64,000 bases of DNA from Leucoraja ocellata (Eukaryota), in the NCBI GenBank assembly GCA_036785375.1, contig JAWMAR010000160.1, forward strand, positions 2,418,001-2,482,000, given 5' to 3'. The notes under the pieces are model-generated. The model did no database searches, had not been told where the DNA came from, and saw only the letters and a list, made by a program, of their open reading frames with translations. Positions 35,900 through 49,200 of the stretch are shown here, piece after piece. The stretch's first letter is position 1. Each line of letters opens with the position of its first letter. Made by a program: the position numbers and the translations under genes.

Positions 35900-36429
35900 C
35901 TTTCCTAATTCACATGTTCCCTTTCAAGTATTCCTGCCTGTGTAAAACAAACAAACTTCTCCAATGCATGTTATACACCTGTACCACTGAGTACAAGGGA
36001 AATGCTTCCACATATCAGCAAAAAGTCACAAAGATTACATGCTTCAATTTTATTTTCTTCGATTCAGTTTTGACAATTTGAACATGCTCTTCCAATGGAG
36101 GTCATTATTTGCTAGAATTATAGAAAATTGACATCATAATTGTAATTAGTAACAAACATTGTAATATACATTGTAGACTCATTTGTCCAAAATATGTGCA
36201 GAACTGGTAAATAGAACTTAGTGATGGTTTCTGGTAAGTGAAGGTTTCTGAACATTCTGCAAGCTATCCAACTTTTCAAAAACTGTTGCCATCATGCTCA
36301 TTTTCTGTGGACAGTACATGCTGTCCCCTACTTCAAATTGTGCTGCTTGTTGAGATGTACAAAGTTCCAAGATATTTAATTAAATTTCTAAACACCACAA
36401 GCCGTTGTACATTTCTAAGCCTCTCAATG

Positions 36430-37860
36430 TCAGCAACACAAAGGTACAGTGTCATTGACTTCAGGAAGCAGGGGGGGTGGGAAAATACACACTCCAGCCT
36501 GTATCAATGGTGCTGAAGTGGTTATCATTGAGATCTTCGAGTTCATAGGTGCAAATATCACAAACAATTTGTCCTGGTTCAAAACATTGACGATACAGCC
36601 AAGCAAGTGCTGCAACACCTCTAGTACCTCAATGGTTCAATGGGACTTTATTGTCACGTATACCTAAGCATGGTAATTTATTTTGGTGCTTACAGTTCAG
36701 TGACAATCCTACTATACATTACACACAATCATACAAGTACATGAGTATAAGACAGTAGAACACACTGAGGCAGCACACATTTAAGAGTTGCCACGTTTCA
36801 GGCACCACCTTGTAGCCTTCAAGTCCCAAGTTTAAAAAAATGTTAGAGTCTTAACATGGCCATAAAGACCCTTTGTCCCGACAGCGGCATTGGGTTGGAG
36901 TTACGGAGTTGGCCTTGCCAGGTGATGTACTGATGTCCTCTACGGCTGTTCCACCACTCCGTGCCACTGCAGGCTGTAGTCGATCTGCATGCTCAGCCAC
37001 TTGGAGCGACGCCTGATCTAATTGAACAACCGGCTTCTTCAGGGCCTCCAGCAGCCCACTCCACCGACTCAACTGCTCTAACAACTCGACGTCGTCCCAT
37101 TAACGCGCCATCCCTCGTCTCCAACCGCCACCGCTCAGCCCCGTGCACCGGTGTGTCTCTCACTGCTGACCGAGAGCGCCTCCGATGGCGCAGGTGGCAA
37201 GCCCCCAGCCCACTGACCGGCATCGTTTCTTTTTTCCATCCGCCGCCGCTGTCACCATCTTGAAGGGGCAACTCAGAAGACAAAGGAAATTATGTATGTC
37301 TCCAAAGACTCGAACACATTTCTACAGATGCACCATTAAAAGCATCCTATTGGGATGTTTCACAGCTTAGTATGGCAACTGCTCAAGACTGCGAGAAATT
37401 GCACAGCTGTGAACATTACCCAGTTCATCACACAAACCAGTCTCCCCCCCCCATCCACTCCATCAACACTCCCCCATCCACTCTATCATGCAGCCTCAGA
37501 AAAGCATCCAACATAATCAAGGACCACTCACACCCCAGTCATTCTCTCCTCTTCTCTCCCCCCTTGGGCAGAAGAAACAACAGCATTAAAGTACACATCA
37601 CCAGACTTAAGAACAGTTTCATACCCAGTTATCAAACCCTTGATTTGACTTCTCGTACACTACGATGGAATCCCCATTCTTCCAATCTACCTCATTGCAG
37701 TCCTTGCACTATTTTAATCTGCACTCTATCTGCAGTAATAACGCAATATTCTTATTTTCTCTTTTGCACTACGCAATGTATTTGTGTATGGTATGATTTG
37801 CGTGGATATCACAGTCTTTCACTGTATCTTGGTATATGTCACAATAATAAACTAATACCA
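36430..37860 (+). mobile_element. Rex1/Babar LINE fragment split by a nested insertion
   Basis: VIDFRK..HTPACINGAEV...ITNNLSW (36430-36630) resumes as LRRQRK..MSPKTRTHFYRCTIKSIL from 37272. Confidence 0.8.
36631..37270 (-). mobile_element. Non-autonomous retroelement with GC-rich head and Rex/Babar-type tail, nested in the Rex fragment
   Basis: The - strand begins near caagatggtgacagcggcggcgg and ends ggtatacgtgacaataaagtcccattgaaccattg. Confidence 0.65.
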
Positions 37861-38535
37861 ATTTGGCAGAAAGACACATTACTAGCATTAAGACCTCCAG
37901 TTTAAATTCCATTTGGAATATTTTGGAGGACCATGAATCAGAGAACCTGTGTGCCTAGAGGTGGGATGGGCCATTGCAAGAACTTTTTTGCAAAGTTGGA
38001 GTCTCAGCACCATCCTTGTCCGCAAGGCGACTGCACTGCTGATTAGATCATCATCCATTTTCTTCTAAACAATGTGTTTGCCAATAAACGTTTGGAAAGT
38101 GATGCAGTGGTATTTGTCAAGGCTCATCACCTTGGCAAAGATACGTAGAAGGGAAAACAAATTACCATTCATTTAAATAACATCGGACTGTTTCCTCCAG
38201 ACTGTTGCAACGAACATACTATGAGACAAACTCAAAGGATACTGGAAGACTATCAGTAAAAAATACTCTTTCGTTTGCCTGAATCTTCATTGTCCAGTGC
38301 AAGGAGCTGTCTACAGCATGATGTTGCAGACGTCCCATGGTCCAGGTTTACATGCTATGTGAGGGACTAAAGCGTGATACAGTCACCAGCAAGGGCTCTA
38401 TGGGGAAAGACCAGTTTTGGGACCTCGAACCATTTTACATTGAAAGGCTGGACTTCATGTTACACTCATTGACCAAGAAATGTTTGTAAAGGAAAAGCAA
38501 TGCCATGCGATGTAAATCAAATTATTAGGCTTCTA

Positions 38536-38816
38536 CGCGTTCACCACTGAATTTCCGGCAATTGGTGGTCGGGCAACTCCTTCGGCGGGTCGAAATCGCC
38601 CCTTGTGGCCGGAGCCGGCAGATCCGTTCCCATAGCTAACTTCCGAGCAAAGATACGAGAGGAGCTATAGGATCTTTCATGCCGACCGTCCCGGTACCAC
38701 GATGGATGCACCAGCATTAGACTAATCTCAGAGGCCGTGATCTCTGTTGTTCCGGCAAAACGGACAATCCAGCAAAGCTCTGGAACCAAGGGTGCCGGAA
38801 AATCGGTGGTGGACTG
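38536..38816. mobile_element. Tc1/mariner-Tigger-like MITE
   Basis: TA|cgcgttcaccactgaatttccggca ... tgccggaaaatcggtggtggactg|TA; imperfect TIRs and TA flanks. Confidence 0.7.
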
Positions 38817-39546
38817 TATATTGTGTACTTGCAAATATTATGAATAAATTCATATTTGTGAAAGATACAAGCGCAAAGGCAGTGATGTATCACGCGCAGA
38901 GCACCGTAAAATCGCAGTTTACTGCTCATTTTCTCCTTCTCGGCATCAAGTTCCCTTTCCACCCCTCATTTTCTCTTCCTTACCAGGCAGTCACACGCAT
39001 TGACTGCCTTCAGAGCTCTTCGATAACACTTAAAATCAAAATGGTCTTCGATCTGAAATGTTAACTCTCCACAATTTTGTCTGACCCGCTGAGTGTTTCC
39101 TGCCCTTTTTTTTTTAATGCACTGACCTGCTTCCCCTGAATGTGATGAGAGCTGTTATCTCAGCAAGCAACCTGTGCCAGTGAAAACACATCGACTTTTA
39201 CCACAATATAAACATCTTAAATTGTGTGTGCAACCATTTTGATATTTGCTTTGCTAACCATTGATTTGTCCTTCGGACAAAGCAATCTTGCCCAACAAAA
39301 ATAAATAGAAATCCAACTTCTAGGGTTTAGTACCTGATATTGATTCATGCGTTAGGTGTGGCTCAAAGGATGGACTCTCACTGTTGATGTAGAAGGCACA
39401 TGATCAGTTCTCACTCTAGAAGTTAGTACAACATTCCTGGCAAACACTCCAAGGGCAGTACTACTATCATAAGGGCAATAAGGAAGGAATGCCACAATGT
39501 CGGAGGGCAGTTCTTCTTGGATGCACCATCATTAAACCATATCGAC

Positions 39547-39808
39547 ACAGGGAACTGCAGATGCTGTTTACCAAAAATAGATACTGCTGGAGTAACTCAG
39601 CTGGTCAGTCAGCATCTCTGGAGAACATGGATAGACGTTTCGGGTCGGGACCCTCTTCAGGCTGTAAGGATATCGTGGCCATTTTCACAAGAGGGTACTG
39701 TACTGCGTGGCATCTTGAGTAAAACGCAGATTGTTGGAGGTAAAACTCAGTGGTTCATCTGTGAGGGAATGAGCAGACGAACATTGGGGTCGGGACCTTT
39801 CTTCAGAC
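39547..39808 (-). mobile_element. Two tandem Penelope-like terminal fragments
   Basis: ggaactgcagatgctg...gacgtttcgggtcgggaccctcttcag (39547-39660); second degenerate copy ending ggtcgggacctttcttcagact (39808). Confidence 0.75.
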
Positions 39809-39885
39809 TAGATGGGATCTGGCTTGATGTGAGGGAGATGCTTGAGGCGACCCCCCCCCCCAAAGTACAACTGTACAACGCCGTT

Positions 39886-39973
39886 GGATGGGTGCAGGCC
39901 GTCGACTGGGTGCACGGCCGAGGGATGGGTGCAGGCTGTCGACTGGGTGCACAGTCGTTCGATGGGTGCAAGG
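39886..39973. repeat. About 37-bp tandem repeat, 2.4 copies, in the promoter region
   Basis: gatgggtgcaggc(c/t)gtcgactgggtgcac(g/a)g unit repeated. Confidence 0.85.
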
Positions 39974-40163
39974 CCGGGGGATGGATGGCGGTTCATGGCG
40001 GGGCGCGCGGGTGCCGAGCGCGAGGCAGAGCCGTTGAGCGGTTCTTCCCGCCACTTCTCGAGCCCCGTCTCGCGCCGGCCCGGGCCGCCGTGACGACACA
40101 ATGAGGCCGGCGTTGGGTGGGAAACGCGCGGGCGGCGGCGCCTCACTGGGGCCCGGGTGGGCG

Positions 40164-40221
40164 ATGGCGGCTTGTGGCTACCTGCTGTTGCTCGGTTGCA
40201 TCGTGGCCAACCTGCCACTGG
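40164..40221 (+). CDS. Membrane-protein gene exon 1, signal peptide MAACGYLLLLGCIVANLPL (alternative in-frame ATG at 40101)
   Basis: Kozak-like gcgATGG in CpG-rich DNA; donor g|gtgagt, phase 1. Confidence 0.85.
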
Positions 40222-43200
40222 GTGAGTGTCCAGCATACCGTGTCACCACAGAACGCAATACAGCCATTCACAAACGGTACAGTCCAACAGTAGGTCACCG
40301 TCTATATCTCTATATCACCCTATTTATCTCTCTATACCACCCTATATCTCTCTCTATATCACCCTCAATATCTCTCTATACCACCCTCTGTATCACCCTC
40401 AATATCTCTCTATACCACCCTCGATATCACCCTCAACATCTCTCTATACCATACTCTGTATCACCCTCAATATCGCTCTATACTATCCTCTATATCTCTC
40501 TATACCATCCCCACATCTCTCTCTATACCACCCTCTATATCTCTCTATACCACCCTCTATATCTACACCACCCTCCCCATCTCTCTATACCACCCTCTCC
40601 ATCTCTATGTCACCCTCTGCATCTCTCTATACCACCCTCTATATCTCTCTATACCACCCTCCCCATCTCTCTATATCGCCCCACTACATCTCTCTATACC
40701 ACCCTCTATATCACCCTCCACATCTCTCTATACCACCCTCTATATCTCTCTATACCACCTCATATCTCTCTACACCACCCTCCCCATCTCTACACCACCC
40801 TCTCCATCTCTATGTCACCCTCTGCATCTCTCTATATCGCCCCACTACATCTCTCTGTACCACCATCTATATGCCATCCTCTATATTTCTCTATGCCACC
40901 CTCTATCACCCTGTATCACGAAGATAGACACAAAATGCTGGAGTAACTCAGCGGGACAGGCAGCATCTCTGGAGAGAAGGAATGGGTGACGTTTTGGGTC
41001 GAGACCCTTCCATATCACCCTCTATATCTCTCTATACCACCTTCTATATCACTCTATACCACCCTCTAAATCTCTCTATATCGCCCTATAAGAATAGTTA
41101 GTGCAGGAATTGAGTTCCACTCAGAAAAACCTGGATCATTATCTCAATATACACAACTCATACTGCAACAAAAGCTTTGGTTGATCAATTGTATTCTTCT
41201 AACAAGCAATAATATAATTTAAAAACGAAGCCGATTCATTTATCTGCGATGAGGAAAAGTAGAAACGGTGGCAGAAATATCTCCCTTCATTCTGCGGGTA
41301 CAGAGACAGTTGATAAGCCAAAGTATGTTGTTTTGTGTTCGTGTGCTAACTGCATTAAGTGTGCTGAGCTTTGTTGATTTGCCGACAGCTCTCCCAAATA
41401 GCGGAATATACTGTTGTCAGTGTCACAATAATAATAATAATAATAATAATATATATTTTATTGTCATTGCACTGAGGTACAACGAGATTTGGAATGCAAC
41501 TTCCATCCGTTGTAATAACTTAATTAGCTAAAATTTTAGACACCCAGAGAAACAAGATAAAGTGTAAATAGGTCTGTGCTGGGTCGATGTGTGACATGGC
41601 TATCCAAGGGAGACAGTTCATGGGGGGCACTCAGCAGGGCCGGTTCAGAGCAGCTATAGCTCTGGGTATGAAGCTGTTCCTAAGTCAGGAGGTGCGGGCA
41701 TAGAAGGCCTTGTAACGTCTGCCGGATGGTAGAAGTTCGAACAGACTATTGCAAGGGTGTGAGGAGTCGTTATGAATGCTGATGGCCTTCCTGAGGCACC
41801 ATGTATTGTAGATGCCCTCCAAGGCTGGTAGCTGCGTCCAAAATATCTTCTGTTTTGTATTGTTTGTATTCTGGAGCATATTGATTACTCAAATCACTAG
41901 ATGCATTTCCGTATTGGTAATTAAACTTTGTTTATTGTGAAAATTTGTACATAAAAACCGAAAAAATTGATGTTTTGCAGGCTGCACCATGTTACACCAT
42001 GCGATTTTGCATAGTTACACCATGCGATTTCATAAAAAAAACACATACCATATTATGCATTGTATTTATTTAAGTGTTTATACAAAATAAGTTAAATAAT
42101 TCTGTTTTAAGCTACCTCCACATTTGAATGTGTCGATACCTTGTTTTGAAGCTGATGATCATTTAACTTGAGTATACAAACTATACAGTTTCAGATTAGT
42201 TTATTGTCAAGTGTACTGAGGTATAGGGAAAAGCTTTTATTACGTGCTGTCCAGTCAGCAGAAGGACAATACATGAATACAATCGAGCCATTTACAGTGT
42301 ATAGATACACGATAAGGGAATAAAGTTTCATACAAAGTAAAGCCAGCAAAGTCCGATCAAGGATAGTCCGAGGCTCACCAATGAGGTAGATAGTAGTTCA
42401 GCACTGTTCTCTGGTTATGGTAGGATGATTCAGTTGCCTGATAACAGCTGGGAAGAAACTGCCCCAGAATCTGGAGGTGTGCATTTTCACACTTCTATAC
42501 CTATTGCCTGATGGGAAAGGTGAGAAGAGGGCGTTACCAGGGTGCGGCTCATCCTTGATTATGCTGCTGGCCTTTCCAAGGCAGCATCAGGTATAAATGG
42601 AGTCTATAGAAGGAAGGTCGGTTTGCGTGATGTTCCGAGTGGCATCTACAATTTGCTGCAATTTCTTACAGTCTTTAGTTCTTGCATTCTATATTTGTAG
42701 TCGTCACAGTTAAAGTTAGAGAACAAAGGTTTGCTTACCCACATTTATTTACATGTGTGTCATGATTCCCATACTGTGCTTCATTTCAGTACTTGTTCAT
42801 CTAAATGAATGGAGAGCTACACCTGAAGAGGACAATCAGAGATATTCTGCTCCAATTTCTATGCGGGAACATAGGAATGAACATTCTTCCAGACTGCATG
42901 GAGGTGAGGTATACTACTACAGTCAAACAATGGTAAATGAAACTTTACATGTCCTATTGATCAGGCATGTTGTAAAGTAGTATACTCACTATTTACCTTT
43001 GCTGTTAGTTTCAACCATAACAGTAAACCCTCGATTTAACGGACCCCATGATAACGGATTTTGGTTATAGTATGTAGCCGCCGACGCCATTCCCAGCTCG
43101 CACCCTCTCCGCATATGCTTCCAGCCCCGGCTTACAAGGTGCACCAGCGAGCCCGTCTTCACCCACCGCACAGCTGTTGACACGGCTGTTGTGGCACGCG

Positions 43201-46200
43201 TTGTAGCCCCTGGGGACAGCGTTTTCTTCAGGCAACCAACAGGACATGATCGATCACCGTGGGTCTCTCCTTCCACCTGCTGCTGCTTCTTCCTGTCGGT
43301 GGAGAGGCCGAGTGGGCAGAGCAACGGCAGAGGCTGGAGTGGGTGGCGGTGGAATAAGGAGCAGATAAAGTGATGGTCAAGAGAAAGATGCGTCAGTTCC
43401 TGGGGGTTTCCGGGACCGTTGGGCACGGCACGGCGGGTAGTGGAATGTATCCTCAATAAGGATGGGGAAATAGTTATTTAATATTTAGAATTTAAGAATA
43501 TTTGTTTTACTTTGAATGATGGGGGTGGAGGTGTTTGTATTGTTTTGTATTGTACATATCATTTTTGTAAATAATTGATTTACATTATTTTTGGTTAAAA
43601 AAAAAAGCGGCAATTGGTGAGGGGGAAGGAGCCCCTCTGTGACTGAGTGCGTCCTGTTGGTGGTGGCAGCAGCTTGAAGAAAGCACTGCCCCAGGAGCTA
43701 CAATGTGAGCTGCAACAACAGACACTTCAACCGGATGGTGCGGCTCCTCTTGAAGAAGGGCTCGCTGGTGCAGACCATTGGCATCAGTGCCAGCTTCAAG
43801 GTGAAGTGACACAAAGTGATGAAGTAACTCACAGAGTCAATCTGAAAGGTCCCGATGACTTCGCAATGACTTGCATACTTCCTCAAGTTCAGAAATCTTG
43901 TAGCTGGATGCACAACCTGCATATGTCGCCTCCAAGCCTCAAGGTCTCTTGCAAGCCATTGGTAGTCCATTATTTTGACTACGAATTAGTTTTTGTTTGA
44001 CTTCTACCAAAGATTATATGCCATGGTTTCTTTGTATATTGACAGCTATAAGATCCTACATACACGACTAAAAAAAACAATGTCATGTGCTGTCTTGGGA
44101 ATTTATCACAGTGAGCTGCCACATCATGTGATATTTGTTAAACTGACATTGTTGATTATTTCAGACCATTCAAAGAAAGTGCTTCCATTTCCCAAAGCAA
44201 AGCAGCAGGAAAACAGCCAGTCACTTATTCGTGGAAGACGATATTACACAGTTTTTCGTGAGTAACAAAACGTCATAAATGGAGTATTTATTATGTAAAA
44301 CATAACTGTTATCTGTCCATCATAATCTTTTGTTGAGGCATTTGTGAGCAGGGATGATTGTCATGATTTATGAACAAAGCATAGGGCAGAGATTCCAAAT
44401 TCTGGATGAGATTGTTCTATTTTACAAATATGTGAGGTTAATAATTATTATATTTATGGTGATGGATAATAGTAGGTAGAGAACAGGAGAAATTACACTG
44501 TGAGACAAATGACTACGACAAAGCTTATGATAAATAAACAGTGGTAGACACAAAATGGTGGAGTAACTCAGCAGGATAGGCAGCCACTCTGAAGAGAAGG
44601 AATGGGTGACGTTTCGAGTCAGTCTGAAGTAGGATTTCAGCCCGAAACATTGCCTATTTCCTTCGCTCCATTGATGCTGCTGCACCCGCTGAGTTTCTCC
44701 AACACTTTTGTCTACCACCCATTTCTTCTCTCCAGATGCTGCCTGTCCCACTGAGTTACTCCAACATTTTGTGTCTACCTTCGATTTAAATCAGCATCTG
44801 CAGTTCTTTCCAACACATAAAAAAACAGTGGTGGTAATTCATCATTGGGAGTATTAGAAATTGGGTGTCAGTGGTCCTCTTCATTATGTTCCATTATGGT
44901 TAATATATTTTTACTGTTATTTTTTTTTCACTTTGTATCAATGTCAAATTTGAACTTGATCATTTTAACATTTCTAATACTACAGTTGTAAAATATCTCT
45001 TTGCAAATCCTCTAGGTAATCAAGAAGGCATATTAGATGAAGAACAAAATAAGAAACGTAAAGAATATTATATACCTGTACCTCCATCAAGACTGTCTCC
45101 GCATGTATATCAAGGTGTGTAAAAAAATCCAAGATTCTGTAAAGGACAGTGTAGTAACGAGGCTTTTGTGATTGTAGGTGCATGGATAAATAACATCCTC
45201 AATCTCTAGGATACAAAGATGATTTGATTTTCTAATAGAATCTCAAAGAGGATGAAGGGTGTTATAATGGAGGTCTCTATAATTACATTAGGTTTTGTTA
45301 GAGTAGATAAGGAGTAATTTCAACATAGGAGAGATCAAAAACAGTGTCAGTAATATAAGATCATATATTAAGTCATATAGTAGAGAGAGGACATTCATTT
45401 AGTTCTCTTGGAGCTTAATCACTACTTTTCTTAACTTTAACCCATGGTACTTTCCTCACAGCATCTTTCCATGTCCCTTTCAAAAGCATTGATCAAATCT
45501 ACTGCTCTAACCTTTCACACAGTCTATTCCAGATTATTACAGCACTTTGCTTCTTTAGCTAGTTACTATAAATCTTCATTTTAATAAATGACATTTTCGG
45601 ATTACTCAATCAAACTCTTTAAGTTTTCAATGCTTCACAGCTTTCAATCACAGATCTGTGAAGTATTCCAGACATGTATTTTTTCCTTGTAACTGAAGTT
45701 CTATATCTGTGTACCATTCTGGTAAATATATTCTCCACCCTTATTATGCCCCTGTCCCACTTAGGAAACCTGAACGGAAACCTCTGGAGACTTTGCGCCC
45801 CACCCAAGGTTTCCGTGCGGTTCCCGGAGGTTGCAGGTGTTTGCCGGAGGTTGCAGGTAGTGGAAGCAGGTAGGGCGACTGACAAAAACCTCCGGGAACC
45901 GCACAGAAACCTTAGGTAGGGCGCAAAGTCTCCAGAGGTTTCCGTTCAGGTTTCCTAAGTGGGACAGGGGCATTTTATGCTTTCAGTTGTAAGGGAAACC
46001 AAAATTTGGACCATATGATAAAGATAGTTATAAAACCAATAAGGAATTTAGGGGAGTTTCTTTTATCCAGAAAGTCTTTAGTATAGGGAACGTATCAGAA
46101 ATAGTTTATTTTTTTCCCCTTCATTCTTGGAATTCAGGTGTTGCTGACATGTGAGCATTTATTAGCCTGCTATTGAGATGATGGTTGTAAACTGCCATCT

Positions 46201-49200
46201 TCTGCTTGCAAGAGATCTTTGCATAGTCAAAAGAATCCACTCAGATTGCACAGTATTTTTTAATACAGGAGAACATTTGCAATCAATTTGTAGCAAAGTC
46301 CTATAGTTGTAGAATAAACCAACCCCAGATGTAATCACTCCACCACTAGCCACTGCCAACATCTTAAACTATGGAATTACTTCCCTAAAGTTCTCTGCTT
46401 CTCTACCTTCTTTCTTCCTTCAAGACACATCTATAAAATCTACCCTTGTTCAAATTTGTATTCATTTATCCTTAGACCCCCATGTGGCTCAGTATCACTA
46501 ATATTCTATGAGATGCTTTTGATTTAATTGCTCCATTAAAATGCTTTGTAAAGTTGCTATTACGAATGCGCCATGTTTTTTAAAATGCATCTTGAATTGT
46601 TAATTTACGCAGATTCTTAACTTGGGTCATGATTGACACTCTTCTTGTTATGTAAACTGTAATCATTATTGAATCAAAGACAAGTCAAAAACCATTTCAT
46701 AAGATTTGCATCAAGCAACGTTAAGTTTAGATACATGTCATCTCAGCAATTGACAAAGACTCATGCCTTAAGAACTTTAGAGTTACCATTGCACCAAATC
46801 AAGGATGACAGCTTACGTGGGAATCAAAATTATGTTCAAATATACTTCAAAATATAATATAATTAAGTGGTTTGATGAGATGAGGCATAATTCTACAATA
46901 CAATAACAATGATATTTACTGAGTACCTTTAATGTTGCAAAATGTTAGATGCATTTCTGAGGAGAGATCTTGGTCAATTAGATTTTCTAAGGAGAAATAT
47001 TGCCAAATAAATGAGTGCAAGACTTTAATGCACAAAACTGGAAAGCAAAGTAAAGAAAAAATGAATAAACTGCAGAAAAGTTCTGATGTAAGTTTCAAAA
47101 TATTTATTTCTAGAAGCAGTTTATCCCAGCGAACAGCAAACTATCAGATATGGAGTCAAAGATATTTTAGTTCCTCAACCTGACATTGGAGTCCCTTCTC
47201 AAATATATCAAGGTTTGTAAATAAATATTTTCTGGCATTTAAATAAAGTGACAAAAAATATTGATAGAAAGTTGAAGATTTTGTAAGTTTGTAGAAAAAT
47301 TGCAGACCTGCGTTGTGAGAAAACTGTTCAAAGAAATATAAATTAGAATGGGTACAATGCCTCTACAGACTAAATCCTAATCGTAATTATTTTCACGATT
47401 AGAAAATAAGGGTAGAAAATAGATGTGTCCTTTTAACTAAAACTTAAAAAAGGATTGACCAATTTTATCACACGGATAGGCATCTGAGTTTGGCAACACT
47501 TGATGGAGTTTTTAGCTTGCCATCCAAGCGTAAAACTGGATGGGAGATCAGCCACCCAGTGCGGCAACTATGATTTTCATTTCCATTGGGTTCCATTAAG
47601 GTAATACCTGCTCACCAATAGACCAGTGCAGTTATGTAACACAGCAGTAGTTATCAAGTCCGAAACATGTCCGAATTCTAAGTCCCATGTCAGGTGGTGC
47701 ATTAATGCACTGAGCTGTAGGGTGAGCAGCGTGGCATTCCTGAATGAAGTTTATTAATACAGTAGCAGTGGATCCTACAGACCAATGTTCACTAAAAACA
47801 GGAATCTGAGGGCTCATAAGAAAAATGTATCAGTTTGAGAATGAAGCCCAAGCATTCCCAGACTGACAAGTATTTTTCACACAGGATTTTCTTTTTTTTT
47901 TTTAATAGCTATAAATGTATTTTAGGTACTGCAAGCTAAAAGTGTTAAAGGCTTATTATTACATAAGTGTAAATAGAACCAATTGCTTGTCAATTTCAGT
48001 AGCCACCCATGAAACTAGCAGCCTGTTTTCTTCAGAGACAAGGGTGACTGATTACTTTGGGGATGTTACATGGAAAAGGTTATTTTTCTTTAGACTTTTT
48101 TTCCCCAAGGCAGCTTATTTCTGCTTGTCAATATGCGAAATGACTTTTAGGTTGTTCCCAATAGAAATCACTTTATAACCAATTCACGCTATGTAATACA
48201 AATCGTGTTTCCTAATTCATTAATCACATTATATCTGATAGCATTGTGGAAACACCTGTAATGGCAGAACTACCGGCACTAAACTTCAAAATAGTGTATG
48301 CCTTGGAATATCTTAGGATATAAAATTGTACTTTTAAGTTATAGTTGTAGCCAATTTATTAAATTAGAATTCTAGTTCGGTAAAAAAAATTAATTGAAAT
48401 TCCTGCTTTTATGCAAATTGTGGATATTATTTGTACTTTAATAAGATTTGTCGCTAGATACCTATCTTACGTGGAAGAGTCATAAAACATGTCAGAAAAT
48501 TCCATATTCACACTGCTTGTTGAAAACTAAAACTAGTGAACTAGACAAAGAAAATGTGAATAGATAATTGGACTGGATTGTGTTGCTAGCCAGCCGGTGA
48601 TTCTGTGGAGAATCAGTGGCAATCTGATATTGACTCTTTTATTTTAATATTTTAATTTCCAATCCTGAATCTCATTTCCATCGCTAAAATCATAACTCTA
48701 GAAGTTTGACATTCCAAAACTTTGAGCTTGTGTGATTAGCTCAATTCTGACTTCTGTTTGTGGTACAGGTATTGTGGAAGCCAGGTAATTGAAGGAAATG
48801 AGAGGCAAAATCATGCAATTTGTGAGTGGTAATTCTTCAACATTGTTATAAGATGTACAAAAGTTAGGGAAATAAAATGTGTGTTTTAAACTTTAGTTTC
48901 TGTTTTTTAATTTAAAGATACTTCCATTTGAACTTCAGATATTTGGAGTTTAATCAGGGTTTCACTATGTTTACGATATCTACATCGTATATTCAAGTCG
49001 ACTTAAAATTAAAAAAGGAAATTCATTCCGGCGATTGCACTCTGATATTTTAATTGAACACATGGCAAAGAGCCAAACTATGTGAGCTGAATACAATCAG
49101 ATTACAGAAACTCACAGTGAAGATTGCACAAGGTTTCACGACGATTTAACCAACTCATGTTCTGGTTAAAGAGGAACGATCTAATGCTTGGTGATTTTTT

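Larger units (their letters stand above)
39860..40230 (+). promoter_or_regulatory. CpG-rich promoter/first-exon region of the membrane-protein gene
   Basis: Dense CpG and GC-box-like sequence (ggcggggcgcgcggg, gcgggcggcggcg) directly upstream of a Kozak ATG and donor. Confidence 0.75.

Noticed and set aside
38541-38834. - strand ORF (…MGTDLPAPATRGDFDPPKELPDHQLPEIQW) resembling the first exon of a gene divergent from the 40164 gene
   Set aside because: The GC-rich stretch is bounded by imperfect TIRs with TA flanks (38536-38816), so it is a MITE; no compatible downstream exon chain was found
39886-39973. Regularly spaced repeats as a CRISPR-like array
   Set aside because: Eukaryotic context, no unique spacers and no cas genes; ordinary tandem repeat
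40222-40946. 281-aa and 233-aa ORFs
   Set aside because: Open only because the minisatellite lacks stops; the real exon ends at the GTGAGT donor at 40222
46932-47183. 83-aa ORF with a GTAAGT donor at ~47088 as an extra exon of the membrane-protein gene
   Set aside because: Open frame ends in phase 0 and the phase-1 readings hit stops, so it is incompatible with the flanking exons
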